Below the pieces are notes generated by a model. That model ran no database searches, was not told the origin of the DNA, and worked only from the letters and a program-made list of their open reading frames with translations. A program made the position numbers and the translations under genes. A DNA stretch of 64,000 nucleotides from Octopus bimaculoides (Eukaryota). The stretch lies in NCBI RefSeq assembly GCF_001194135.2, contig NC_068981.1:144221672-144285671 (forward strand), given 5' to 3'. Positions 13,166 to 25,752 of the stretch are shown here, one piece after another (the first letter of the stretch is position 1; each line of letters starts with the position of its first letter).

Positions 13166-14381
13166 TGTAGTGAAACTAACACCTCGATCGTCATTATATA
13201 CAAAGAAGCCATCTTCTCTCGCTGTTATAAATATAATCAAGTTCGGGTGTAGTAGAAAACATCTTTCCCTGTCATCACATGACTAATTATTATTTGAAGC
13301 GGCAACTGCTTCGTACCGTTCCCGCCAGAACGCAAACTGACCAATCACAGCTCCTAATAAGGTCACGTGATAGTGTTTTTCTAATACCTCTCTGGAGCCC
13401 CTATTTTGCTTTAAATAGATTAAATTATACCCAGCTAATTCGTCTCGGTTCAGATCTCTTAGAGACCTGTTCCATGTACCACACAGCAGCAGCAGCCAGC
13501 GNNNNNNNNNNNNNNNNNNNNNNNNNNNNNNNNNNNNNNNNNNNNNNNNNNNNNNNNNNNNNNNNNNNNNNNNNNNNNNNNNNNNNNNNNNNNNNNNNNN
13601 NNNNNNNNNNNNNNNNNNNNNNNNNNNNNNNNNNNNNNNNNNNNNNNNNNNNNNNNNNNNNNNNNNNNNNNNNNNNNNNNNNNNNNNNNNNNNNNNCAAC
13701 ACCACTTCAACTACGAACTACAAGATTCGCCACCAGCGTCGCCAACATCGTCAACATGATTTCTATACGTACACCAGCTAACCAAACAACCGCGGCACAT
13801 CTCTCTTCGATTCTGTTTGTGCGATTCACCTTCGCCACGATAGACAACAGACAAGAACCTCAGCCTGCGACGAACATCTGTATACAAGAACCCGGCTTGG
13901 CATGGAAGCCCTAACATCACAACGAGTGATCGCTCTGCCCCACACACTTCAACTTCTTACATACAGACTGTTCCTATTGTGTACTCTAAGAACTGGCAAA
14001 TTCGTATGTGTTACTGACTCTCTTTTCTATCTGCTGTATCTCACGCATTCACATACATTTGTGCACACATTCTTTTGTATACACACTATTCTATTTACAT
14101 GACGGCCTGTCTTTTAATGTGTTTATTATGTCACACTCACACACACACACAGACATACATTTTAATGCAACAATAAATATTCTGTTATTCATCTCTATCG
14201 GTTGTGTTCTATCGTCTTCCTTACTGGCCATTTACGAATTCACTATGTTATCGAAGTATAACATACATATATATCATTTGATATAATTTTGTGTTCGACC
14301 GTGTGACGCGTTTAATAAAAGGAGCCCTGTTTTTCCATTCGTCACCATTTCTCCTTTTGGGTTCGCATGGTCGTTCTTACA
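13166..14381 (+). mobile_element. Probable solo LTR
   Basis: TGTAG...TTACA termini, TATA on both sides (possible 4-bp TSD, weak in AT context), CpG-richer body, CCAAT near 13340 and AATAAA near 14313; an internal gap is present. Confidence 0.5.
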
Positions 14382-14477
14382 TATATATACACACTCGTGT
14401 TTTGGGTTTTATTGTCTTGTTTGTATCACTGAACCTCTGCATATAAATACACAAATACACACATACACATATACATG

Positions 14478-14510
<33 letters not shown>

Positions 14511-14512
14511 TA

Positions 14513-15911
14513 TTAGATTATTCTGAAAATAATGGCCAATTTCAGAAAAATTTTATTCTGGAAAAATTTGATTAGTCAAAGTATGAGCTGTGAACATCTA
14601 TGCATCTCTGCCATTGATCAATGAGATTATTTATAGTTTGTTGATAAAAACCTATTGGCTTTGATGCTAAGAAATCTTCAAAAGCTAATTTCACCTCTGG
14701 TTTGAACCTGAAAGTTTTATCACTTAAAAACGTGTTTAAATATTTTAAAAAACGGTATTGGGTGAAAAATCAGGAGAATATGGAAGATGTAGTAAAGTCT
14801 CATATCTCAAGTCTGTGAGTTTTTGCAGCGTCATTCTTGCAACTTGTGGCTTTGCATTATTGTGGAGCAGAATTGGGCCATGCTGATTCACCAATGCAGG
14901 TCTCATTTTTTGCAAGTGAGCATGCATTTCAGTGAGTTGATTGCAGTAAACCTCTGCTGTAATGCTTTGATTGGCTTCCAGAAAGCTGTAATGGTCAATA
15001 CCAATTGCAAACCACCAGACAATCACCATAATCTTTTGCTGATGCAACTTTGGCTTTGGGAAATGTTTGGGGGATTCATCATGATCAAGCCATTGACCTG
15101 ATCGTTTATGGTTATCATAAAGGATCCACTTTTTGTCACAAGTGACTATTTGGTCAAGAAATGGATCATTGGTGTTTCACAGAAAGAGCATTGAGCACAC
15201 TTCAAAATGCCGAACTTTTTGATTTTCATTAAGCTCATGTGGTATCCATTTATTGAGCTTTTTCACCTTACCATTCTTCTGCAGATTACGTGAGACCACT
15301 GCAATACCATCACCAATTTCTTGAGACATTTCTCTGACACTTCGACTTGGGTTTTGTTCAACAGTTGCTTTCAATTGTTCATTGTCAAGACTGCATAACC
15401 GTCCTCTACCTTCTTCTTCAAGGCTCTCATCCCCACTATGGAATTTCTGAAACCACCTTCATACTGTGCGGTCACTTGTGGATCTCTCTCCCCATGCTCT
15501 ATTGATATTGGCAACAGTTTGAGAGGCATTGTGCCCAACCTTGAACTCATGCAAGAAAAGTAAGCAAAGGTCCTTTTTTATCATGTTTTGGCATTAGGAA
15601 GGGCATCCAGCTGTAGAAACTCTGCCAAATCAAATTGGAGCCTGGTGTAGCCATCTGGTTCACCAGTCCTCAGTCAAATCGTCCAACCCATGCTAGCATG
15701 GAAAGCGGACGTTAAACCACGATGATGATGATGATGATAATTAAGGGAACCTATGCTTCAAGAATGTTTTCTGTCTGAAATAAGTGGAAAATTATTAAAT
15801 ATGCCACTTATTAAGTATATCAAAATTCACTTAAAATATAATTAAAATATTATGATAAAATTGCGTTTCAATACACAACACAGAGCGGCCATTATTTTCG
15901 GAACAACTTAA
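14513..15911 (-). mobile_element. Full-length decayed mariner transposon containing a LINE-tail insertion (about 15590-15738)
   Basis: Imperfect TIRs TTAGATTATTCTGAAAATAATGGCC and GGCCATTATTTTCGGAACAACTTAA, both flanked by TA. Minus-strand mariner motifs WIPHEL, HNNAKP (HDNARP) and YSPDFSP, with stops and frameshifts. Confidence 0.9.
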
Positions 15912-16008
15912 TATTAAAGGATCAAAAATAAATGGTAAATGGAAACTGTGCATTTATTGTTATTGCATTTAATATTGTTTATAATTTTTTCTCTTATGAT
16001 ATATTCAG

Positions 16009-16072
16009 GTCGAGCAGTGCCACACATTTCATTGGCGGCAACAAATGTAAACCAGATCGCCTGACAGAAACG
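16009..16072 (+). CDS. MINDY4: MINDY4 exon (L-SSSATHFIGGNKCKPDRLTET)
   Basis: ttcag|G acceptor and ACG|gtaatt donor; 64 nt, phase 2 to 0, in frame with both neighbours. Aligns to the recalled MINDY4 [20 protein letters not shown]. Confidence 0.8.
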
Positions 16073-16619
16073 GTAATTACTCTATAAATATGTATTATAT
16101 AATACCATATACTATGCATATTAGACAGTGTACTCTTTCAGTCCCATGTGTACAAGAAACCTTAAGGCTAATATGATTAAGAAGTATTGTTTATTTCATT
16201 ATTATTACTGTGTGTTATGAGTTATAGTTTAGTATGTGATACAGTATGTTTTTTGAGTTGTACTACTACTGCATATAATATATTATAGAATAACTTGTCA
16301 TATGTTATATCATCATCACATCATCATCATCATCATCATCATCATCAGTTTTCCATGCTGTCACAGGTTACATGGTCTAATAAGAGCTGGTGAACCAGAG
16401 AACTATGCCAGGTTCTAATGTCTGTTTGGGCATGGTTTCTACATCTAGATGCTCTTCCTAACATCGACCACTTTACAGTGTGTACTGGGTGAAATTTTTA
16501 CATGGCACAAGCACCAGTGAGGTCACCAAGTAACTTGCAAAATGAAGTCTCCTCATTTGAGACAGGTTGAAAAATAACGGATTCAGCTTGGACTAACAAT
16601 TAAGAAGTTTACTGTGTAT

Positions 16620-16990
16620 GTGAGATATAGGATGGTACTTTTCTGTGGGTCAGCAATACAAATTTCAATTCCAGTCTCTTTCAGTCTTTTATGTAGCGTA
16701 TTGTGTGTTGTGCCAAAGTGCACCAATTACTACAGGAATAATTGTTTTCTTGGTCTCCTGCAGTCTCCTCAGCTCTTTGGCTAGATCCTGATATTCCCCA
16801 ATTTTTTTACTTTCTTTGATATGGTCTGTACTATCATAGGGAGTTACAAAATCTATGATTTTACACCATTTATTTTGTCCTCTATAGTCATATTCAGTCT
16901 TCTTGTTTCGATAGTATAATCGGTCTTTATGGGCAAGTTCCACAAGATCCTGTGATTCTCATTTTCTGTCAGTCTCTCGTTTGTGATTAT
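16620..16990 (-). mobile_element. R4/NeSL-type LINE restriction-like endonuclease fragment
   Basis: KIIDFVTPYD...KESKKIGEYQDLAKELRRL...IPVVIGALW fits the RLE C-terminal pattern (IIDVxxPxD...KYxDL...PVVIGALG). Confidence 0.75.
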
Positions 16991-18366
16991 TATTATCATT
17001 ATTATTATTGTTGTTGTTGTTTAATTCTAAGAAGGAAAAAATAATCATGCTCATATCCTTTATTGTGTTGCTATATTGTGTTGTTTAATCCAATAATATT
17101 GCATTATGTCATTATTATGTTACTAAGCAAATGTAATTATTAAAGAAATGTATTATTATCCAACAAAAAACAGCTACAGATGGAAAAAGATGCAAAATTA
17201 TCAAACAAAACTCTCATTGTCATAACACAAAAATAGATTTGAGAAAAACAAAAACATATGCCCAAACATTAAATATTAAAAAAACGAACACATTAAAACA
17301 AGCAGTGCTCCAACATGGCCTAGACTATAGTGGGTAAAACAAATAAAAGAACTAAAGTAGTTTGTTAGTTTATGAAAATGATTGATATCAAATTATAGGG
17401 AAAAATACAAAAATATATAATAAATACATAAATAAATAAACATGGCTGGGTGTTTGTAAAGAACAACTGTTTATTTGTAGATGAAAAGATCTGATATCTA
17501 ATTACAAGTAAAGAAAAAAACACAAAACAGAAATCTTAGCAAAATACAAAATAAATGATAATTAACTCATGAAAATAGTTTATATCGTACTAAGGTGTTG
17601 GTGGTGAAATAAAAAAAAGAAATGGCCATTCTTTATTAATATGGTAAATAAGTGCAGGCATGGTTGTGTGGTTAAGAAGTTTGGTTCCCAATCATATAGT
17701 TTCAGGTTCAGTCCCACTGCATGGCACTTTGGGCAAGTGTCTTCTACTACATCGGGCCAACCAAAGCCTGGTGAGTGGATTTGGTAGGTGGAAACTGAAA
17801 ACAAACCTGGAAAAAACACCCAGTACAATCTGTAAAGCAGTTGGCATTATGAAGGGCATCCAGCTGTAGAAGCCATGCCTTGACAGACATAGTGCCCGGG
17901 CAGCTCTTCAGCTGGCCAACACCTGTCAAACCGTCCAGCCCATGCCAGCATGGAAAACAAACGTTAAATGGTGATGATGATGATAATGATGATGATGATG
18001 ATGATGATGATAACAATGATGATGTGATGACAGCGATGTATATATTTATGTATGTGTTTGTTTGTGTTTCTTAGTCTTGACATAAGTGAAATAGTTGTAA
18101 ACAAGTGTCGCTATCACACAAGTGGTGTCCTTTGTTTTTAATCTTCCATGGAAACATGTCTGGCCATGGGGAGCATTACCTTGCTGGGAAACACGTGAGG
18201 GTTGGTTACTGGATAACATCTGGCTTTAGAAAATCTTCCTCAACGAATTCTGTCTCCTGCGAGCATAGACCAGTGGATGTTAAAATGCTGATGATGATGA
18301 TAATGCATTATTTAACAATCACAACATTGATTACAGCTATTTTATCAGTTTTGTGTCTTGTTTTAG

Positions 18367-18432
18367 TTGATGCTTTACCAGTTCACTTCATACAAGGAAT
18401 TAAACTCATTTATTCAGAAGAATATCATACTG
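18367..18432 (+). CDS. MINDY4: MINDY4 exon (LMLYQFTSYKELNSFIQKNIIL)
   Basis: ttttag|TTG acceptor and CTG|gtatgt donor; 66 nt, phase 0-0. Aligns to the recalled [22 protein letters not shown]. Confidence 0.82.
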
Positions 18433-18684
18433 GTATGTATATCTTTGCTTTATCATTTTTATTTTTTGTGTTTTTAAAGGTGACAAACTGGCTGAATCAT
18501 TAGCATGATGAACAAAATTCTTAGCAGCATTCCATCCATCTTTATGTTCTGAGTTCGAATTCCACCAAGGTGCCTTTGCCTTTCGTATTTTCAGGATTGA
18601 TAAAATAAATTCTAGTTGAGCATAGGGGTTGATGTAATTGGCTTACTCCTGACCAGAACTCACTGGCCTTCTAAAATTTGAAGC

Positions 18685-18742
<58 letters not shown>

Positions 18743-21159
18743 ATTGAGTGAGAGAGCAGTGCATGCCATCAAGGTAACACTGAGGTAAAATATATGAAGC
18801 CCAGTATACCCATCATGACTACCTGTCTGATAAGAGTATACCAGGCACATGCATCACAGCTATATGTTCATGACATGATGATCTCATATGAAGATAAACA
18901 GCGCATGACCTAGAATTTTCTTCAGGTCAAGTAGCCCATCCTGCTCAAATGATTCCCGAATAAGGTTTGTTTAAGGATGAATGAAACATCCATGTTTCCA
19001 GAGGTGAATTATTCAAACTCCAAAGAATTTCTCTCAAGACATGGTTATGATGCTTCCCCACTACTTCTGCTTGTGATCAGAGATGCACATATTGTCAGCC
19101 ACCAAGGGACATATTCAACTGGTTAAGGTCAAACAACTGACAAGTAAATCTGTGGTATTGAGCAGAATATTTGCTGTAACCCATCTTTTATACCAAGACA
19201 AAACAATGTACATGATAACACTTCCTGTCAGTTAAGATCAGAAGCCATGAGAGCCAGTGCTTGGTACTGTATTAGAGCACTGACAAAATGCTTAGTGATA
19301 TTACGTCTGTCACTCCATTCTGAGTTCAAATTCTGCCGAGGTCAACTTTGCCTTTCATCCTTTCAGGGTCGATGAAAATAAGTACCGGTTGAAAACTGGA
19401 GTCGATGTAATCGACTCATCCCCATCCCCCAAATTACTGTCCTTGTGGTAAAATTTGAAACTGTTATTATTATTATTATTACTATTATTATTATTATTAT
19501 TATTATTATTAAAGGCGGCAAGCTGGTAGAATTGTTAGTATGCCGGGTGAAATGCTTAGCGGTATTTCATCTGCCACTACGTTCTGACTGGCTCCCATGC
19601 CAGTGGCACATAAAAAGCAGCATCTGAATGTGGTCAATGCCAGTATCCTCTGACTGGCTCCCATGTGGGTGGCATGTAAAAAGCACTATCTGAATGTGAT
19701 TAATGCCAGGTTTGCCTGACTGACTCTTGTGCCGGTGGCACCAACAACACTCAGAGTGGTTGGTGTTAGGAAGGGCAACCAGCTGTAGAAACATTGCCAG
19801 ATCAGATTGGAGCCTGGTGCAGCCGCTGGCTCTCCAAACCTCAGTCAACCCGTCTGACCCATGCCAGCATGGAAAATAGATGTTAAACGATGATGCTGAT
19901 TAGTTCATGAATGGTAAGCATTGTAGAATAATAGCATTGTAGACTGAAGGCTTCTAATACACCAGTTACAGCTTCTAACAGTGAGAGTAACAAGGGAGTA
20001 TCTGTAAGCTGGTGCAGAACAAATACCATGACACAGTAACTCAGCAGACTTTGAAAAGCACCTGTCTTTTTTTGGCCAACATTTGTATCTGCCAACTTTG
20101 TGTGAAACACAGACACACATGCATGTAGGTACAAATATGGCTGTTTGGTTTGCAATTACATGGCTTCATGTTCACTGCAGATAGCTGGTAAGCTAGCTGG
20201 CTGGTTGGCTAGTTAGCTGAGTAGTCAGCTGGCTGGCTGGCTGGCTAGATGAATGGATTATTTATTTACTATTTTCTTTGTATTTATTAGAATACTTTTG
20301 AGAAGCTTGGAACTGGTTTCTAACAAAAGTACAGAAGTTCCATTCCTGAAATTTAGATAGAAATAATGACTATTATTACATGTTGCACTGTAAAATATAT
20401 TGTATATTTTTATTGTTCCATTTGCAGATTGTATCTGCAAAGCACATACTTCAGGTCTCTTTCCTTGCCTGAAAATTGAAATTTTTCCTGATTGTCACTT
20501 AGACAATATTAATGTAACCAAGTTCACCAATAATTATTTGTATAAATATGAATTTATAATCAGAATAGACCAGCTGCAGATTTCAAAGTAGTTGTCCATA
20601 TATTTTCTCCTTGCTGAATTTGGAAGAGATTTTCATATCTACAAAGCAGCTAACTTCTATGGCTATATATACATTATACACATATACATATATATACACA
20701 CATATACATATATATATATGTATATGTGTGTATATATATATGTATATGTGTGTATATATATGTATGTGTGTATAATGTATATATATAGTCATACATATAT
20801 CATCATCATCAGCATCATCATCATACATCTGTTTTCCATGCTGGCATGGGTTGGACGGTTTGACAGAACTAGTAAGCTAGGGAGGTGCACCAGGTTCCGA
20901 TCTGATTTGACATGGTTTTTACTGTTGGATGCCCTTCCTAACAGCAACCACTCTAAGAGTGTAGCAGGTGCTTTTTACATGCCACCAGCATGGGTACCAG
21001 ATACATGACACTGGGCATCAGCCAATACTATGATTTCACTTGGTTTGACAGGTCTTCTCAAACACAGCATATTGCCCAACGTTCAAAGGGTGTTTTTTAT
21101 GTGCTAGGATCTCACTTGGCTTGACAGGTTTTCTCAAGCATGACATATCGCCAAAGGTC

Positions 21160-21410
21160 TCAGTCACTTGTCATTGCCTTTGAGAGGCCCAACATTTGAA
21201 GATCATGTTTCCCCACCTCAATCCATGTCTTCCTGGATCTATCTCTTCCACAGGTTCCCTCCATTGTTAGAGTGTGACACTTCTTCACACAGCTGTCCTC
21301 CTCCATGCCCATCACATGACCATACCAGTGCAGTTGTCTCTCTTGTACACCACATCTGATGTCTCTTATGCCCAACTTTTCTCTCAGGGTGCTTACACAC
21401 ACTCTCTCTC
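21160..21410 (-). mobile_element. RTE-like LINE 3' fragment
   Basis: LREKLGIRDIRCGVQERQLHWYGHVMGMEEDSCVKKC...GRDRSRKTW. Confidence 0.75.
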
Positions 21411-22429
21411 ACTCATCATCATCATCATCATCATCATCATCGTTTAACGTCCGTTTTCCATTCTGGCATGGGTTGGACGGTTTGATCTGGCAATGTTTCT
21501 ACAGCTGGATGCTCTTCCTAATGCCAACCACTCCAAGAGTGTAGTGGGTGCTTTTTGCGTGCCACCAGCATGGGAGCCAGTCAGGCGGCACTGGCATCAA
21601 CCACTGGCTTAGAAGATCTTCCAAGGGAAACCAGTCTTAAATTCCTCTGTTATAGCCTGAAGAACTATGATAAACAAGAAATGGCTATATATATATATAT
21701 ATACATGCTGATATTGGGCTGTGAAAATGAGTTTCCAATGCCACATTGATGGATAAATATTCTTTATTTTTTGGATAACACACCATGTGGCAAGCTTGAT
21801 AGTTGCTGAGAATTCTAAACCTGAAACTAATGGTAACCTTGTTAACCGACAAACAATGTATGTGTGTGTGTGTGTGTGTGTGTTCAGAGAGAGAGAAGGA
21901 GAGAAAAGAAAGAATTGATTCTTCCACCAGTACATGACTGTCTCTATTTGTCAGCCCTTGAAGAAAAAAAGACCAAGTTGATTTCAACATGATTTGAACT
22001 TGGAGTGCAGAGTCAGAGCAAATACCACTAGATATTGCATGTTAAGCTCTAATGACTGCCAATTTGCCACCTTATCCATCTGGAGCAAACCATATTTCTT
22101 TTCCAACCTATTTCCTCATATGCTATTAACATTCACAATATATTAATGTGAGAAATGTCAAACTGTATAATACAGTAAAGCAGTGACCTGGAGAATTACA
22201 TTCTGCCAATTATCAGATGAAATGCTTTCAACTATGAATTTGGTTAATAATGCCTTTGGGCATTAATGTTTAGTCTAGCCACTGAAAAATTCTAGAATGT
22301 ACAAATGATTTTTTTTTTTTTTTTTTTGCTTTTCATTGTCTTTTACCAGTTTTGTTGCTATTTTTATGTTAAGAAAACATTAATTTAATATTTGGTGTTG
22401 TTGAAAGTATTTCTTGCCANNNNNNNNNN

Positions 22430-22478
<49 letters not shown>

Positions 22479-22916
22479 GAATAAAGAAATGGAGAAAATT
22501 ATTGTTTTACTTTAAATGACATAAGAATAGTTTGCGTTATTGTAACCCATGGTCACTTGTAACTGATTAAACTTATTATTAATAGCATACCTGCTATGAC
22601 AATCTCGTCTTCCCAGGCATTGTATATCTATTTCTACACTTTACAGTATGCCCTGCCTCTTTTAAGATGCTAGAGTGTCATTTGAAGGTGATCTGGTTGC
22701 AATTTCTAGCAGATCAAGCGACCACATTGTGACTCCTTCAAAAATTGAGTGATAAAATACTGGAACTTTAGCTTGTGATAGATTGGAAGATGGATAGATG
22801 AGAAGGAGAATGAGATGACTAAAGACAAATGAAGTACGGTTGTTTTTTGGAGATACTGTGGTTGCCTCATTTCACGAGTATATAATATATATGAATATCT
22901 TTATTTAACATTTCAG

Positions 22917-22987
22917 TTTGAAACTGAAGGAAGCAGTGGTCTCATTCTTGCCTTATACTCAGTAATCTTATCACGGTCCGTGCAAAA
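22917..22987 (+). CDS. MINDY4: MINDY4 exon (FETEGSSGLILALYSVILSRSVQK)
   Basis: tttcag|TTT acceptor and AA|gtaagt donor; 71 nt, phase 0 to 2. Matches the MINDY-type GxILxxxSxILSR motif. Confidence 0.9.
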
Positions 22988-24727
22988 GTAAGTGTACTTT
23001 ACTTTTTATGAAGCTCTGTCTAAATGACTACTTACATGATTAAGACACTGAATTAATTACCACAAGATAAGGGGTCCATAATTGAACTTTATGTTACATT
23101 TATTGTTGTTCTTGTTTTTATAGCTTCGTCAAAGGAAGAAGGCAACACTCAGTATTATTCTTACAGGATCTTCAAGATTGGCATAAAAGGAGTAAGGTCT
23201 CGAGACCACTAAATCATTCAAGGGTCAAGTGTTGGTTTATTTTTAACCAGGCAACAAATTAAGTCTACTGTCCACTAGCACAATAGCCATTTTGTTTTTT
23301 TTACTTGCTGGGTCCTTGGGAAAGGGTAGTGCCCTTGGTTTTTGCAAGCACTCCTTAACAGGCAAGAATGATGGCATTGATGTTCCTTCTGGACTATTGC
23401 AAGTCAACACTTGTGAGTGAGAAAGTACTGAACAGGGAGGGCTAGCTTTTTAGGAAAGGATTAGATGTAGGGATTAGTACAAGGCTTGGAGGATGAACAC
23501 AGCAAGGACAAGTGACAAAGGCTTAGAAGATGAACTTAGCAAAGACAACAAGTGACAAATGGATCAGGAATATGTGAGAAAAAGTAGCATGAGCTCAACC
23601 AGTTCTGAGAAGCAGAGGCCATTACAAGAGTAGTAGTAGAAAAGGCAAAGAATAGATAACAGGTACTTGTGGCCAGAAGCTGGAGTATGTCTGTAACTTT
23701 ATGCCAATTAGTCAGGTGGTGCTTTTCTGGATGCAGTCTAGGGAGTTTGTGCATGCATCAGCAGCACCATCTCAGATGCTGGAGTCATACTTCATTGTGG
23801 ACTTCACCCAAACTTTGTAGTGTGTCACTTGTAGGGAACTGAAGTATCTTCTAGCCCAGATGATTTGGGTCAGTTGTTGGGATGCAGTCCTAGGTGTGTT
23901 AAGGATGTGCTTTTGTCAGGAGAGATCCTCACTACTGAGGTCCAACATTTAGAGAGCAATTATAAGGGCTTTAGTTAGCTGCTACTCTTCTCATTTAATT
24001 TCTTATCTCTTCATCATCATCATCATCATCATGATTATCATTTAACGTGTGTTTCTCGTGGACTGGACAGTTTGACAGGAGCTGGAAAGCCTGAGTAATG
24101 CAGCAAACTCTAGTGTGTCTACCTTGGTATAGTTTCTACAGCTGGATGCTCTTCCTAACGTTAGCCACTATATTGAGTGTACTGCGAGCTTTTTACATGG
24201 TGCTACTATTTTTTACAATGTGCTTTTAATGTAGAGTCAGTAAAATTGCCTGTAACATAAATGAAATTCATGATTTTGGGAATATCTGTATACTGCAGAG
24301 AGAAGATGGATCTCTGTGTAAGAGAGGAAAAATATTTCTCAATAGTTGAATAATTTCTTTCTTCTCAGGTGATGAGTCTTGAAACATTAGCTTCTCTCTT
24401 CTTGTTGCTATGATCTTATCCAAATTTATCCAAGCTCATGACTTTCATTGTATAATGTTTGCCAATACAGTTTATTGCCAGTTTCCTTACGCTGTGTTTT
24501 ATACTTGTAATATAATATGCTCCCATACTTCCTTGCAGATGTTTGGACTTCTTTCTAAGTAAGCTAACAGAAATGATAAAATAAGATAATTTAGAGACAG
24601 TGCCTCTACAAGAAAAATAATAATTTAGTGTTAGTATAATTAATACCAGGATAATTAAAAAGCTAACCAGAAATAGTTGAGAAACAATGAGCAATGTTAA
24701 TCAATGATTAATATTATTTTTCTAGAA

Positions 24728-24945
24728 CAAGGCGGTGAATTGGCAGAATCTTTAGCATGCCAGGCAAAGTACTTCAGTGGTATTTTGTCTGTCTTTATGT
24801 TCTGTGTTCAAATTCCTTCAAGGTTGACTTTGCATTTCATCCTTTCAGGTTCGAGAAAATAAGCACCAGTTGAGCACAAGGGTCAATGTAAATGGCTTAC
24901 CCACTACCTCAAACTAACTGGCTTTGTGCCAAAAGTTGAAACCAT
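24728..24945 (+). mobile_element. SINE family B copy
   Basis: GGCGGTGAATTGGCAGAATC...GTTCAAATTCC...TTTCATCCTTTC; same family as 18500, 19290, 41846 and 43970. Confidence 0.8.
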
Positions 24946-24954
24946 CATTAATAT

Positions 24955-25180
24955 TATTCTTTTCTACTCTAGGCACAAGGCCCGAAATTTTTGGGGAGGG
25001 GTGGGGAACAGTCGATTAGATCGAGCCCAGTATGCAACTGGTACTTAATTTATCGACACCGAAAGGATGAAAGGCAAAATTGACCTTGGTGGAATTTGAA
25101 CTCGGAACATAAAGACAGACGAAATACCACTAAGCATTTCGCCTGGCATGCTAACATTTCTGCCAGCTCACTGACTTGCT
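24955..25180 (-). mobile_element. SINE family B copy, tail-to-tail with 24728-24945
   Basis: Reverse complement reads GTGAGCTGGCAGAAATGTTAGCATGCCAGGCGAAATGCTTAGTGG...; a partial third copy follows at about 25195-25320. Confidence 0.8.
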
Positions 25181-25688
25181 GGCATTATTATTATTCTTTT
25201 CTACTCTAGGCACAAGGCCTGAAATTTGGGGGGAGGGGCCAGTCAATTAGATCGACCCCAGTATGCAACTGATACTTAATTTAACGCCCTCAAAAGGATG
25301 AAAGGCAAAGTCGACCTCTAAGTCCAGCAGAGTCACTGTGAATTAAAATGTGTTTCTTAAAAAAATATATATTACTTGTAAAAGAAGCTAAATTCATTGA
25401 TTTTTGGGAATGTCAGCGTTGGCAAAGATTATTTAATGAAGTTTACAAATTTTGATAAGTTTGAGATGGGAATCTTGCCATTTAGAATAAGCTTATTTGT
25501 TGGAGAAGGCAAAGTATCCTTTTTTATTTTGTTCTCTCTCTGACAAAGGGTTTCACTTGAAGCATTCGAGACTTGCTTCGCATCATAGCATAGAAATTTA
25601 TCCAAATCTCTTATGTTCACCATTTGATTGTGTTGTTTGTTTGCTCTTCACTAATGATGCTATTGTGATTATGTCTTCCTTTGTGCAG

Positions 25689-25752
25689 GATACGTAGTGA
25701 AATGGATGAACCGAACAGCAAACTCATGGGTTCTTATGGCTATTGCTCACAG
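25689..25752 (+). CDS. MINDY4: MINDY4 exon (IRSEMDEPNSKLMGSYGYCSQ)
   Basis: tgcag|G acceptor and CAG|gtacag donor; 64 nt, phase 2 to 0. Matches the recalled [21 protein letters not shown]. Confidence 0.9.

Noticed and set aside
19883-20155. Two overlapping minus-strand ORFs (90 and 71 aa) in unique-looking DNA, a possible nested gene
   Set aside because: I recognise no motif, convincing splice context or partner exons.
23124-23191. Possible extra exon (tttatag...GGA|gtaagg) just after the exon at 22917
   Set aside because: At 68 nt it would shift the frame, the peptide has no MINDY similarity, and the flanking exons already join in phase; there is no evidence for use as a poison exon.
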